From a virus (lineage: Duplodnaviria; Caudoviricetes): a stretch of DNA of 50,694 nucleotides. Position numbers and translations under genes: made by a program. This document shows, piece by piece, positions 1-8,113 of this stretch (the first letter of the stretch is position 1; each line of letters opens with the position of its first letter). A model generated the notes under the pieces. That model was not told the origin of the DNA, searched no databases, and worked only from the letters and a program-made list of their open reading frames with translations. The stretch covers positions 1 to 50,694 of the IMG/VR virus record IMGVR_UViG_3300045136_000360; one strand, given 5' to 3'.

Positions 1-16
1 CGTACTCGCTGACCAC

Positions 17-493
17 GTTTCAATCCTCACCCGACCCCGCGGCCGGGTGCGACCCGCCGCACCGGCTGCTGGTGGCGCTGACGAGCAAGTTTCAATCCTC
101 ACCCGACCCCGCGGCCGGGTGCGACGCGTGAAGGCGGTCTCGGGCGCGACCGCGGCGGAGATGTTTCAATCCTCACCCGACCCCGCGGCCGGGTGCGACC
201 TGGCGGCGCTCGGCTACGGCACCCAGTTCGCCGCCGTTTCAATCCTCACCCGACCCCGCGGCCGGGTGCGACGATGCAGGCGCTAGAGCAGGCAGGGGGG
301 AGTGGGACGCGTTTCAATCCTCACCCGACCCCGCGGCCGGGTGCGACGCGCCCCGTGATGAGCGACCGCGACCCCGGCGACGTTTCAATCCTCACCCGAC
401 CCCGCGGCCGGGTGCGACGTGGGGAGATCGGCGAGTTGGTAGCCGGCGAGGGCCAGGTTTCAATCCTCACCCGACCCCGCGGCCGGGTGCGAC
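17..493 (-). CRISPR. CRISPR array, 7 identical 37-bp repeats and 6 full spacers (34-38 bp), truncated by the window edge
   Basis: GTTTCAATCCTCACCCGACCCCGCGGCCGGGTGCGAC at 17, 89, 163, 236, 311, 382, 457. Its reverse complement ends in ATTGAAAC and has an internal hairpin, so minus-strand transcription is inferred. Confidence 0.98.
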
Positions 494-760
494 GCCGCGG
501 CGCTGCATGGCATCGAAGATCCAGGCGGCGAACCGGGCCAGGATCGCCGGGTCGCGGGCCTCGGGGGGGCGCGGCGCGACCGGGGCGGGATCGTGTGGGC
601 GCGGGCGTGGCGGGGTCGGCCTGGCCGTCGAGGGACCAGTCGTGGTTTCGGTCGGCGGTGGAGTGGGGGCTTGATGATGGGGCTCTCCTTGATGAGATGA
701 TGAGGGGTCGCGATACCCGCGCCTGTCATGCTGGCCTCACTGTATCAGTAACCCCGGCGC

Positions 761-807
761 TTGACAAGTAGTCAACCCTAGAGTATCATTGATACCCTAG
801 GACGGTG
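761..807 (+). promoter_or_regulatory. sigma70-type promoter overlapped by tandem operator-like sites
   Basis: TTGACA(761)-17 bp-TATCAT(784); GTCAAC-CCTAGA-GTATCA at 771 and TGATAC-CCTAGG at 790. Confidence 0.7.
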
Positions 808-1158
808 CCGGGCGTTGGACGCCCGGGGGAGTGCATGGAGGGCAGACCGGGAGATGCCGCGGCATGCACGGGAGAGAGTATGGGGTGGCCGCGCCCCGCA
901 CGATTATTCGTTGGGATGGATTGGCGGCGGAGGCGCAAAGGAGGGCGGGATGCCGCTGCGTGCGTCGATCTTGCGCCGTGAAAGGCGACTGAGATGCTTT
1001 CCCCCTCCCCGCGGCCGGGTTCCCGCCCGGCCCCACGGCTACCCGCCCCGTTTCGCCACGAGCGCTGGCCTCGTGCGCGCACCCTCACCCACCACAAGGG
1101 CGGCGCCGGGCGTGTCCCGGCCGCCCTGCTCCCGCCGCGCGCGCGGCGGGGTGGTCCG

Positions 1159-1293
1159 GTGGTCCGGCGGCCGGCCTGGCTGCGCGACGAGCCGCTGGCG
1201 ACGGTGCTGACTGGGATGGCGGTCGTGCTGGACGCCGGGCTGCTGATCCTGGCGGCGGTGCTGCTGGCGGCGGGGCGCTGGCCGTGGGCGTGA
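1159..1293 (+). CDS. small membrane protein
   Basis: Hydrophobic 3' part of ORF 994..1293; start uncertain. Confidence 0.35.
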   Translation: MVRRPAWLRDEPLATVLTGMAVVLDAGLLILAAVLLAAGRWPWA

Positions 1294-1315
1294 CGATGTG
1301 GGGGCGGCGGCGCTG

Positions 1316-2200
1316 ATGGCCTGGATCGAGTCACACCAGACGCTGGCCCGCCACCCGAAGGCGATCAAGGCGGCGCACCTGCTGGGCATCGGCCGGGCGC
1401 AGGTGATCGGCCACCTCCACCTGCTCTGGTGGTGGGCGCTCGACTATGCGCAGGACGGCGACGTGAGCGCCTTCGGCGCGGTCGAGCTGGCCGAGGCGGC
1501 GGCCTGGGAGGGCAACGCGGAGGCGTTCGTCACGGCGCTGCTCGACTGCGGGCCGGGCGGCCGGCCGGGCTTCCTGGAGCGGACCGCCGACGGCCGGCTC
1601 GTCATCCACGACTGGTGGGAGTACGCTGGCAAGCTCATCGCCCGGCGCACGCTCGACGCCGCCCGCAAGCGCGCCGACCGCGCCCGTACGTCCGACGGAC
1701 GTCCCGCCGCCGCCCCGCCGGACGGGCAGGGGACGTCCCCTGCCCGTCCAGCGGACGCGGCCACGGACGTCCAGCGGACGTCCAGCGGACGTCCAGCGGA
1801 CGTCTCGCGTACCGTACCCAACCCAACCGTACCCAACCAACCCAACCCAACCGACCAACCGCGAGATGCCTCCCGCGCGCCGAACGGCCGGGCGGCGGTC
1901 GCCTCCGGGGGGCGGCCGGCGGGGCGGCGGAAGCCGGAGGAGATCGCGACCTGGGAGCCGCTGGCCTTCGCGCGGTTGTGGAACTTCTTCGGCAAGCTGG
2001 GGGGGTGCGAGGACGCGGCGCGGGAGTGGGACCGGCTGCAGCCGGACCGCGAGCTGATGCGGGCGATGCGGCTGGCGATCGAGCAGCAACGCGAGGCGTT
2101 CGGGTGGGGCCAGCCGGGCGGGCAAGCGCAGCCGTACCTGTCCACCTGGCTGCACCAGCGGCGGTGGACCTGGGAAGCGGTGCCGAACAAGGTCGAGTAA
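1316..2200 (+). CDS. phage replication initiator / replisome-organizer-like protein
   Basis: N-terminal MAWIESHQTLARHPK...GHLHLLWWWALD...IHDWWEY, central repetitive linker, C-terminal YLSTWLHQRRW; typical initiator layout. Confidence 0.75.
   Translation: MAWIESHQTLARHPKAIKAAHLLGIGRAQVIGHLHLLWWWALDYAQDGDVSAFGAVELAEAAAWEGNAEAFVTALLDCGPGGRPGFLERTADGRLVIHDWWEYAGKLIARRTLDAARKRADRARTSDGRPAAAPPDGQGTSPARPADAATDVQRTSSGRPADVSRTVPNPTVPNQPNPTDQPRDASRAPNGRAAVASGGRPAGRRKPEEIATWEPLAFARLWNFFGKLGGCEDAAREWDRLQPDRELMRAMRLAIEQQREAFGWGQPGGQAQPYLSTWLHQRRWTWEAVPNKVE
1689..1860. repeat. putative replication origin: 11-bp iterons plus an A/C-rich tract inside the initiator gene
   Basis: CGGACGTCCAG x3 plus a partial copy at 1764-1804, degenerate copies near 1689-1756, then a CCAA/ACCCA-rich tract at 1811-1860. 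Confidence 0.6.
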
Positions 2201-2213
2201 GCGAGGTGAGCGG

Positions 2214-2546
2214 ATGGGCAACGAGGACGTCTTCCCCGACGGGCCGGCGCCAGCGCGGCGGGTGGTCCGACGCGTCCGGCCGGGGCAACCGGCCGGGGAC
2301 GGCCGCGGCGAGGGCGGGCCGGGCTGGGAGCGGGCGCGGGCGCTGCACGCGGCAGCGGTGCGCTGGCTGCGGGCCGAGCCGGACCCGCCGGACCTGGCCG
2401 CGCCGCTGGCCTGCCCGGTCGGGGGCCACGCCCACCGGCTGGCGCTGCCGGGCGCGGGCCTGCCGCGCGACGGCGAGGCGCGGTCGTATCTCGGCCGGGC
2501 CTGGCGCTGGGACGCGGCGGCCAATGCCTGGCGCCGCGTGGGATGA
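2214..2546 (+). CDS. hypothetical protein
   Basis: ORF with GAGG RBS directly after the initiator gene. Confidence 0.5.
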   Translation: MGNEDVFPDGPAPARRVVRRVRPGQPAGDGRGEGGPGWERARALHAAAVRWLRAEPDPPDLAAPLACPVGGHAHRLALPGAGLPRDGEARSYLGRAWRWDAAANAWRRVG

Positions 2547-2705
2547 GGACGCTGGAGGAGAACGGCCACCTCTTCACCTGCTGGGGGAGCCGCGAGGCTG
2601 TCCCCTGCACCCACGACGGCTGCCGCGCCGTGCGCGCCGCCGTGGCACTCGCCCGCGAGCGGGGCTATCTCGACCGATCGACCGCCACCCATGGAGGGAC
2701 TGGGC

Positions 2706-3143
2706 ATGAGCGAGCATAGTACGATCGCCTGGACGGACGCCACCTGGCCGGTCGTCGTCGGCTGCGACCGCGTGTCGCCCGGCTGCGCTGCCTGCTATGC
2801 CATCCGCGACGCCTGGCGGATGGCGCACAACCCGAACCCGAAGATCAGCGACGTTTACCGTGGGCTGGTGGAGCCGTGCGGGGCGGGTCATCTGATGGAT
2901 CGCGATCCAGGGTGCGAGCACTGTCGCGGCACCAGGTGGCGGCCCACCGTAGAGGGGTTGGCCTGGGCGCGGTCGCTGCGGGACCAGTGCCAGGCGGCTG
3001 GGGTTGGCTTCTGGTGGAAACAGTGGGGCGGCCCCGGCCCGGAGAGTGGCGGGAGTCTGCTGGACGGACGCCGCTGGGAGCAGATGCCGGACGGGACGGG
3101 CGGGATCGTGGACTTCGGTCTTGACACATCCGCTATCAAGTGA
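2706..3143 (+). CDS. DUF5131 (Gp37/Gp68)-family protein, apparently internally deleted
   Basis: IAWTDATW..VVGCDRVSPGCAACYA N-terminus and WARSLRDQC...FWWKQWGG...LLDGRRWEQMP C-terminus, but only 145 aa. Confidence 0.75.
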   Translation: MSEHSTIAWTDATWPVVVGCDRVSPGCAACYAIRDAWRMAHNPNPKISDVYRGLVEPCGAGHLMDRDPGCEHCRGTRWRPTVEGLAWARSLRDQCQAAGVGFWWKQWGGPGPESGGSLLDGRRWEQMPDGTGGIVDFGLDTSAIK

Positions 3144-3172
3144 GACACTGGCATTGACACGTTAGAGCATCG
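3121..3172 (+). promoter_or_regulatory. promoter plus operator
   Basis: TTGACA(3121)-17 bp-GACACT(3144), then TGACAC-GTTAGA-GCATCG at 3155; same layout as promoters at 42803, 45763, 46586, 48803. Confidence 0.7.
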
Positions 3173-3200
3173 CTGATGCGTTACCGGGAGGAGATGCGCG

Positions 3201-3389
3201 ATGGCACTTGGGCACACCGGGGTTCAGCGGGGCAAGCGGGTACTGGTGATCCTCAAATCGGGGGAGCGCCTGATCGACCACTTCAAGTATCGCAACGACC
3301 TGGCGGTGTTCCTGCGGGAGGCGGGGCGGGTGGAGAAGGAGCGGATGCGCTCGCTATCGATCTACAAGGGGCCGGTCGCTGGGGAGTGA
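3201..3389 (+). CDS. hypothetical protein
   Basis: 62-aa ORF with GGAGG RBS downstream of a promoter. Confidence 0.65.
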   Translation: MALGHTGVQRGKRVLVILKSGERLIDHFKYRNDLAVFLREAGRVEKERMRSLSIYKGPVAGE

Positions 3390-3423
3390 CACTCAAGAGT
3401 ATCATTGACACGTTAGGAGAGAC
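3387..3423. promoter_or_regulatory. tandem operator-like sites before the sigma factor gene
   Basis: TGACAC-TCAAGA-GTATCA at 3387 and TGACAC-GTTAGG at 3406 (19-bp spacing). Confidence 0.65.
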
Positions 3424-3425
3424 GA

Positions 3426-4022
3426 ATGCGGGTGCTGGGAGATCGGGAGGCGGAGATCGTGGCGCGGGCGCGGGCGGGCGACTCCGAGGCGCAGGGGGAG
3501 ATCTACGGGGCGTTCCGGTGGGTGATCTACGCCTTCATCTACCGGATGGTGGGCGACGAGGATGAGGCGGAGAACCTGACTCAGGACACCTTCATGCGGG
3601 CGTTTCGGGGGCTGTCGGCGACCAGGGAGGACACGAACGTGTCGGCCTGGCTGCACCGGATCGCCTCGAACGCCTGCCTGGACGTGCTGCGCCGGCGGCA
3701 GCGGCTGCGCTGGCAGCCGTGGGAGGGAGAGAAGCACGACCACCTGGTCGTCAGCACGGCGCTCGACGACCCGGAGCGCTCGGCCGAGCGGCGGGAGACG
3801 ATCCTGTTCGTCCGGCGGGTAATGGACCAGATGTCGAGCCGCCACCGGCTCGGGCTGATGCTGCGGGAGTACGAGGGCCTGAGTTGCGCGGAGATCGGGG
3901 AGGTGATGGGCCTGAGCCGGACGGCGGTCAAGTCGATGCTCTTCCGGGCGCGGGAGGAGTTCCGGGCGGTGTATGCCCGGCTTGAGCAGGAGGACCGGGA
4001 GTGGGCGGGGGCGGCGGCGTGA
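3426..4022 (+). CDS. ECF (sigma70-family) RNA polymerase sigma factor
   Basis: Region 2 AENLTQDTFMRAF...AWLHRIASNACLDVLRRR; region 4 REYEGLSCAEIGEVMGLSRTAVKSMLFRAR. Confidence 0.93.
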   Translation: MRVLGDREAEIVARARAGDSEAQGEIYGAFRWVIYAFIYRMVGDEDEAENLTQDTFMRAFRGLSATREDTNVSAWLHRIASNACLDVLRRRQRLRWQPWEGEKHDHLVVSTALDDPERSAERRETILFVRRVMDQMSSRHRLGLMLREYEGLSCAEIGEVMGLSRTAVKSMLFRAREEFRAVYARLEQEDREWAGAAA

Positions 4023-4415
4023 CGGTGGGGACGCGGAGCCTGCTGTTCGGGGTGCACCAGTTCCTTCTTCACCCGGTGATGGTGGCCCTGGGGTGGAGGA
4101 TGCTGTATGGGCGGTTCCCGAGGGACCCGCGAGTGTCGCACCCGGCCGCGGGGTCGGGTGAGGATTGAAACCCGCCACTGCTCACGCGAGATTGGGGTGC
4201 CGCCATCGCCCCTGTGCTGGGCGGACAAGCTGGCGACCGCGCTGTACCCCGCCTGGTTATTCCTGTTCCTGGCCCGGCTGAGTGGGGAGATAGGGGAGTA
4301 TCTGGCGCGGGCGCGGGAGGATGGTTCTATCGGCCCCGAGGCGACAGAGCGGGAGTGTCTGGCGACGTTACAGACCGACTGGCGACGGCAAGCATACGAG
4401 TATGGGGATCGTTGA
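4019..4415 (+). pseudogene. phage hypothetical (possibly HD-like) gene interrupted by a CRISPR repeat
   Basis: 5' part MTVGTRSLLFGVHQFLLHPVMVALGWRMLYG (GTG 4019, overlapping the sigma stop); 3' part PSPLCWADKLA..LYP..LARLSGEIGEY in another frame after 4171. Confidence 0.7.
4135..4171 (+). CRISPR. solitary CRISPR repeat identical to the terminal arrays
   Basis: GTCGCACCCGGCCGCGGGGTCGGGTGAGGATTGAAAC, single exact copy. Confidence 0.97.
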
Positions 4416-4438
4416 GCGACACGGCGGAGGAATGAGCA

Positions 4439-5761
4439 ATGGACCGGACGATCACCGAGCGCGACCCGTTCCTGGCAATGCCGCGCATCACGCCGGAGGG
4501 GTTCGCGGGGGCGATGGACGGCTCGCCAGCGCTGGCCGAGCGGCCGGCGCGCGCCTACTGGGAGGCCATCGCGGCCACGGGGGTGGACCCCCTGGTTGTG
4601 CTGGCCATCTTCCAGCATGAGAGCAGGATGGGCCGGCTGGGCGTGGCGACGGTGACGAAAAGCTGGGGGAACGTGAAGGCGACCAGTCGGCAGTTCGGGC
4701 CGCCGCCCGTGGGGACCTACACGACCGAGGATGGGCGGGCCTTCAGCAAGTACGCGACCTGGCTGGATGGTTGCGTGGCGACGGCGGCGCGGCTGGCAGC
4801 GCCGGAATGGGTCTACCGGGGCCGGGCGGGGATGGGGGAGGTGTTCGATCATCCGAGCGGGATGGTGTGGGCGCCGGCCGGCGACCGCAACGACCCGGCC
4901 GGCTACCTGGCGAGCGTGCTGCGGTTCATGAACGACCACGCCGACGCCCCGCACCTGGTGGAGGGGCGGTGGGCGATGGTCAACTCCGATCCGGAGCGGG
5001 GCGGGGCGGTGGAGGCGATCGTGCTGCACATCGCCGATGGGACCTATGACGGGACGATCAGTTGGTTCCGGAATAGCGGGTCAGGGGTCTCGGCGCACTT
5101 CGTGGTGGCGCTGGACGGGCGGATCGGGCAGTGCGTGCCGCTCGATCGCGTGGCCTGGGCGAACGGTTGGGACTTCCGCAAGGGGCTCGCCCGCTACCGG
5201 CCGAATCTGGCGAACCACCTGATCGCTCGCTGGTGGCGGGAGGGGAAGAACCCGAATGCGGTGACGGTGAGCATCGAGCATGAGGGCGTGTCCGGGCAGG
5301 GGATGCCCGAGGCGCAGTTGCGGGCCTCGGTGGCGCTGACCCGGTGGCTGTGCGACACCCTGGGAGTGCCGCGGGACCGGGATCACATCCTCGGGCACCG
5401 CGATCTCGACTCGGTGGAGCGGTCGAGGTGTCCGGGGCTGAGTGACCAGGAGTGGGGAGTGTACCTGTGGATGGTAGACGATGGGCCGGCTCCGGCCGCC
5501 GGGGGTGGGGATGAGTTCTACGCCCCGGACAACCCGTTCGGGGCGGTGCCGATGCGCCCACCAATCTGGACCAGGTGGAACCTGCTGCACCAGCAGGGGC
5601 TGGCGCTGCCGATGGTGGGCTACCCGATGGCCCCGCCGCAGGATGCCGGTGGGCGGATGATCCAGCGGTTCGAGCGGGGATGGCTGGCGGCCCAGGGAGA
5701 GCCGGAGCCGTGGGACGTGGTGATGCTGATGCCCCATGAGATCGCCAGCGGGCCGTCGTGA
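4439..5761 (+). CDS. endolysin: lysozyme/glucosaminidase-like domain + N-acetylmuramoyl-L-alanine amidase + C-terminal binding domain
   Basis: LAIFQHES...F..YATWLDG; amidase IVLHIADG, SAHF, SIEHEG, ILGHRD, CPG; C-terminal GYPM...QRFERG. Confidence 0.88.
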   Translation: MDRTITERDPFLAMPRITPEGFAGAMDGSPALAERPARAYWEAIAATGVDPLVVLAIFQHESRMGRLGVATVTKSWGNVKATSRQFGPPPVGTYTTEDGRAFSKYATWLDGCVATAARLAAPEWVYRGRAGMGEVFDHPSGMVWAPAGDRNDPAGYLASVLRFMNDHADAPHLVEGRWAMVNSDPERGGAVEAIVLHIADGTYDGTISWFRNSGSGVSAHFVVALDGRIGQCVPLDRVAWANGWDFRKGLARYRPNLANHLIARWWREGKNPNAVTVSIEHEGVSGQGMPEAQLRASVALTRWLCDTLGVPRDRDHILGHRDLDSVERSRCPGLSDQEWGVYLWMVDDGPAPAAGGGDEFYAPDNPFGAVPMRPPIWTRWNLLHQQGLALPMVGYPMAPPQDAGGRMIQRFERGWLAAQGEPEPWDVVMLMPHEIASGPS

Positions 5762-5855
5762 TGGGGTGGGGACTGGTGGCGCCGGCGCGGCCGGGGAGGC
5801 GAGATAATACCCTGAGAGATCGGTGATACGTTATACTGGCGATGGGAGGTGACGC

Positions 5856-5957
5856 GTGGCGAGCGAGGTGATGGCGGCGACGGTGCTGGTGGTGCTGTTC
5901 GGGCTGATGATCTGCCTGGGGGTGATCGTCCTGCAGGCGATGCTGCTGCCGCTGTGA
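5856..5957 (+). CDS. small transmembrane peptide
   Basis: 33-aa hydrophobic ORF with GGAGGT RBS; stop overlaps the next start. Confidence 0.4.
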   Translation: MASEVMAATVLVVLFGLMICLGVIVLQAMLLPL

Positions 5958-6214
5958 CGGGCGAGACGCTGGCGGCCCCGGACCTGGCGGGGCTGCCGGA
6001 GGATGGCGGGCGGGACCACGTGCGGATGGCCCGGACCGGACCGCTGCGCTCCGCCGAGGGGCAATGCCCGGCCTGCCGGCGGTTCGACACCTGGGCGCGG
6101 TGGCCGAACGGGGGGCAGGTCTGCACGACCTGTCACCCGGTCGGGTTCACGATTGTGGCCGGGGTGATCCAGGTGCCCTGGGTGACGACCACGAGGTTGA
6201 CGGGAGGTGGGTGA
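5954..6214 (+). CDS. small zinc-finger-like protein
   Basis: CPAC...CTTCH motifs; GTGA coupling with the upstream ORF. Confidence 0.5.
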   Translation: MTGETLAAPDLAGLPEDGGRDHVRMARTGPLRSAEGQCPACRRFDTWARWPNGGQVCTTCHPVGFTIVAGVIQVPWVTTTRLTGGG

Positions 6215-6463
6215 GTCCGTCTACGAGGCTGACGGCATCACCCTCCACCGGGGGGACGCGGCGGCCGTGCTGCCCGGCCTGGCGGGGCCAGCGTCGACGC
6301 GATCGTGACCGATCCCCCGGCGGGCATCTCCATGATGGGCCACCACTGGGATAGCGACCGGGGCGGGCGGGATGCCTGGGTGGCCTGGCTGGCGGGCCTC
6401 CTGCCCTCCTGGGCGCTGGTGCGGGGCCTGTGGCTGGCCAAGCGGCGGGCGTGGGATGCCTGA
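6207..6463 (+). pseudogene. frameshifted, truncated N4/N6 DNA methyltransferase
   Basis: ESVYEADGITLHRGDAAAVLPGLA, then a frameshift near 6285 to SVDAIVTDPPAGISMMGHHWDSDRGGRDAWVAWL and an early stop. Confidence 0.7.
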
Positions 6464-6476
6464 GGGGGGAGATGCC

Positions 6477-6872
6477 GTGGCGTGGCGGTTCGCGGGGGCG
6501 GTGGGACAGGCCAGGCGGAAGGCGGCGGCGGCCCCGGCCCTGAAGGAGCGGGAGGCCGGCTTCCAGCGGTACGTGATCGACCTGGCCGAGCGGAACGGCT
6601 GGCTGGTGTATCACATCCGGGACAGTCGGGCGGTGGTCAACAACGCCACGGGGGCGGGCTTCCCGGACCTGGTGATGGCGCACCCGACCCGGACGCTGCT
6701 GGTGATCGCCGAATTGAAGCAGGACCGGCGCTACCCGCGGGCGAATCAGCGGACCTGGCTGGCGGCCCTGGGGGCGGTGGCGGCGCTGGTGCCGGACGGC
6801 CGGGTGCGGGTGGAGGTCTGGCGGCCGAAGGACCGGCCGATGATCGAACGGTTCTTGCGTGGGACCGCCTGA
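6477..6872 (+). CDS. VRR-NUC-like (PD-D/ExK) nuclease
   Basis: EAGFQ..VIDLA...GW...GFPDLV...AELK...Q..WL...VWRP. Confidence 0.8.
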   Translation: MAWRFAGAVGQARRKAAAAPALKEREAGFQRYVIDLAERNGWLVYHIRDSRAVVNNATGAGFPDLVMAHPTRTLLVIAELKQDRRYPRANQRTWLAALGAVAALVPDGRVRVEVWRPKDRPMIERFLRGTA

Positions 6873-6928
6873 CGTGGCATGATACGGGCTGGAAGCTACT
6901 CGCCTCTGGTCGCCTGCGGGAGGGACTG

Positions 6929-8113
6929 ATGCCGCGGAAGTACGACCCGGAGCGGTTGCGGCCCTACTGGAACGGCACGCACGCGAGTTTCCGGAAGGGG
7001 TGCGCGGCCCTGGGCTGGGACTGGCGAAACGCGGAGCGGGCCTATCTGCGCCTCAAGCAGGAGATGGCGATGGCCGCTGCCCCGGTGGGCGACCAGCAGG
7101 ATGCGCCCGTGACCGGCGGGAAGCCCGAGACGGCGGTCGAGCGGCTGGCGCGGCTGGAGCGGGAGCGGCGGGAGGCGGAGGCGACGGTCATCCGGGAGCA
7201 GGTGCTGACGAATGAGGAAGCGGCGCTGCGGGTGATCCCGGACGCCCCGCGGGCGCGAGGCTACCAGGGGGCCAAGCAGCGGGAGACGGCCGTGCTGGCG
7301 ATGAGCGACCTGCACTGGGGGAAAAAGACCCTGACCTTCGACAACCGCATCCTCCGCGCCCGGCTGGAGGCGTTCGGGGTGAAACTGGCGGCTATCCGGG
7401 ACCTGATGAGCGAGTACGAGTTCGACGAACTGGTGATCCTGCTGCTGGGGGACGTGAACGACGGGACGGAGATCTACCCGAGCCAGGCGCACCATCAGGA
7501 CACCAGCAACGTCGAGGACCAGGCCAGCGACCTGAGCGCCTTCCTGGCCCCCTGGTTGCGGGCGCAGGCCGACGTGTGGGGGCGGGTCCGGGTGGAGGCC
7601 GTGCCCGGCAATCACGGCCGGGCGGGCAAGGGCGCGCACGAGGCCGCCAACTGGGACATCGTGGCCTACAAGTACACCAGTTTCCGGCTGGGGGACAGCA
7701 TCCCCGTGCACCTGAACCGGCAGGGGAGCCCCTTCATCCGCAAAACGCGGGTGTACGAGCACGACCTGCTCCTGCACCACGGCCACGAGATCAAGATGCA
7801 CATGAGTATCCCGTGGTACGGGCTGCAACTGCGGCTCGGGCGCTGGGCCACCAGCAACCTGGCCCCGTTCGATCTGTTCGTCTGCGGGCATTTTCACTCC
7901 GTGGGCTACTGGCAGATCAATCGTATCCCGGTGTTCCTGAACGGGACGGCGGTGACGGACGACAACTGGGCGCTGGAGGGGCTGGGCTACGACTCGGGCA
8001 CGAAGTGGTGGCTGTGGGGGATGAGCCCGAGCCGGCTCGTCACCTGGCAATTCGGCCTCTCGATCGCCGGGGACGGGCCGGCGGCGATACCCAAGGGCAT
8101 AGGAGATGCGTGA
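6929..8113 (+). CDS. calcineurin-like metallophosphoesterase
   Basis: SDLHWG, LGDVNDG, PGNHGR, HHGH, CGHFH motifs. Confidence 0.88.
   Translation: MPRKYDPERLRPYWNGTHASFRKGCAALGWDWRNAERAYLRLKQEMAMAAAPVGDQQDAPVTGGKPETAVERLARLERERREAEATVIREQVLTNEEAALRVIPDAPRARGYQGAKQRETAVLAMSDLHWGKKTLTFDNRILRARLEAFGVKLAAIRDLMSEYEFDELVILLLGDVNDGTEIYPSQAHHQDTSNVEDQASDLSAFLAPWLRAQADVWGRVRVEAVPGNHGRAGKGAHEAANWDIVAYKYTSFRLGDSIPVHLNRQGSPFIRKTRVYEHDLLLHHGHEIKMHMSIPWYGLQLRLGRWATSNLAPFDLFVCGHFHSVGYWQINRIPVFLNGTAVTDDNWALEGLGYDSGTKWWLWGMSPSRLVTWQFGLSIAGDGPAAIPKGIGDA

Noticed and set aside
530-532. TTC (type I-C-like) PAM if 494..529 is a hidden spacer
   Set aside because: The two verified protospacers have ATC and CAT flanks and the other junctions do not show TTC, so no PAM or subtype can be called.
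47-771. ORFs 47..286 and 193..771 (and 49325..50638 on the minus strand)
   Set aside because: They are translations of CRISPR repeats (recurring VSILTRPRGRVR / FNPHPTPRPGAT).
4282-4299. Partial similarity to spacer 419..456 (GTGGGGAGAT.GG.GAGT)
   Set aside because: Only 16 of the first 18 nt match and the rest diverges; plausible by chance in G-rich DNA.
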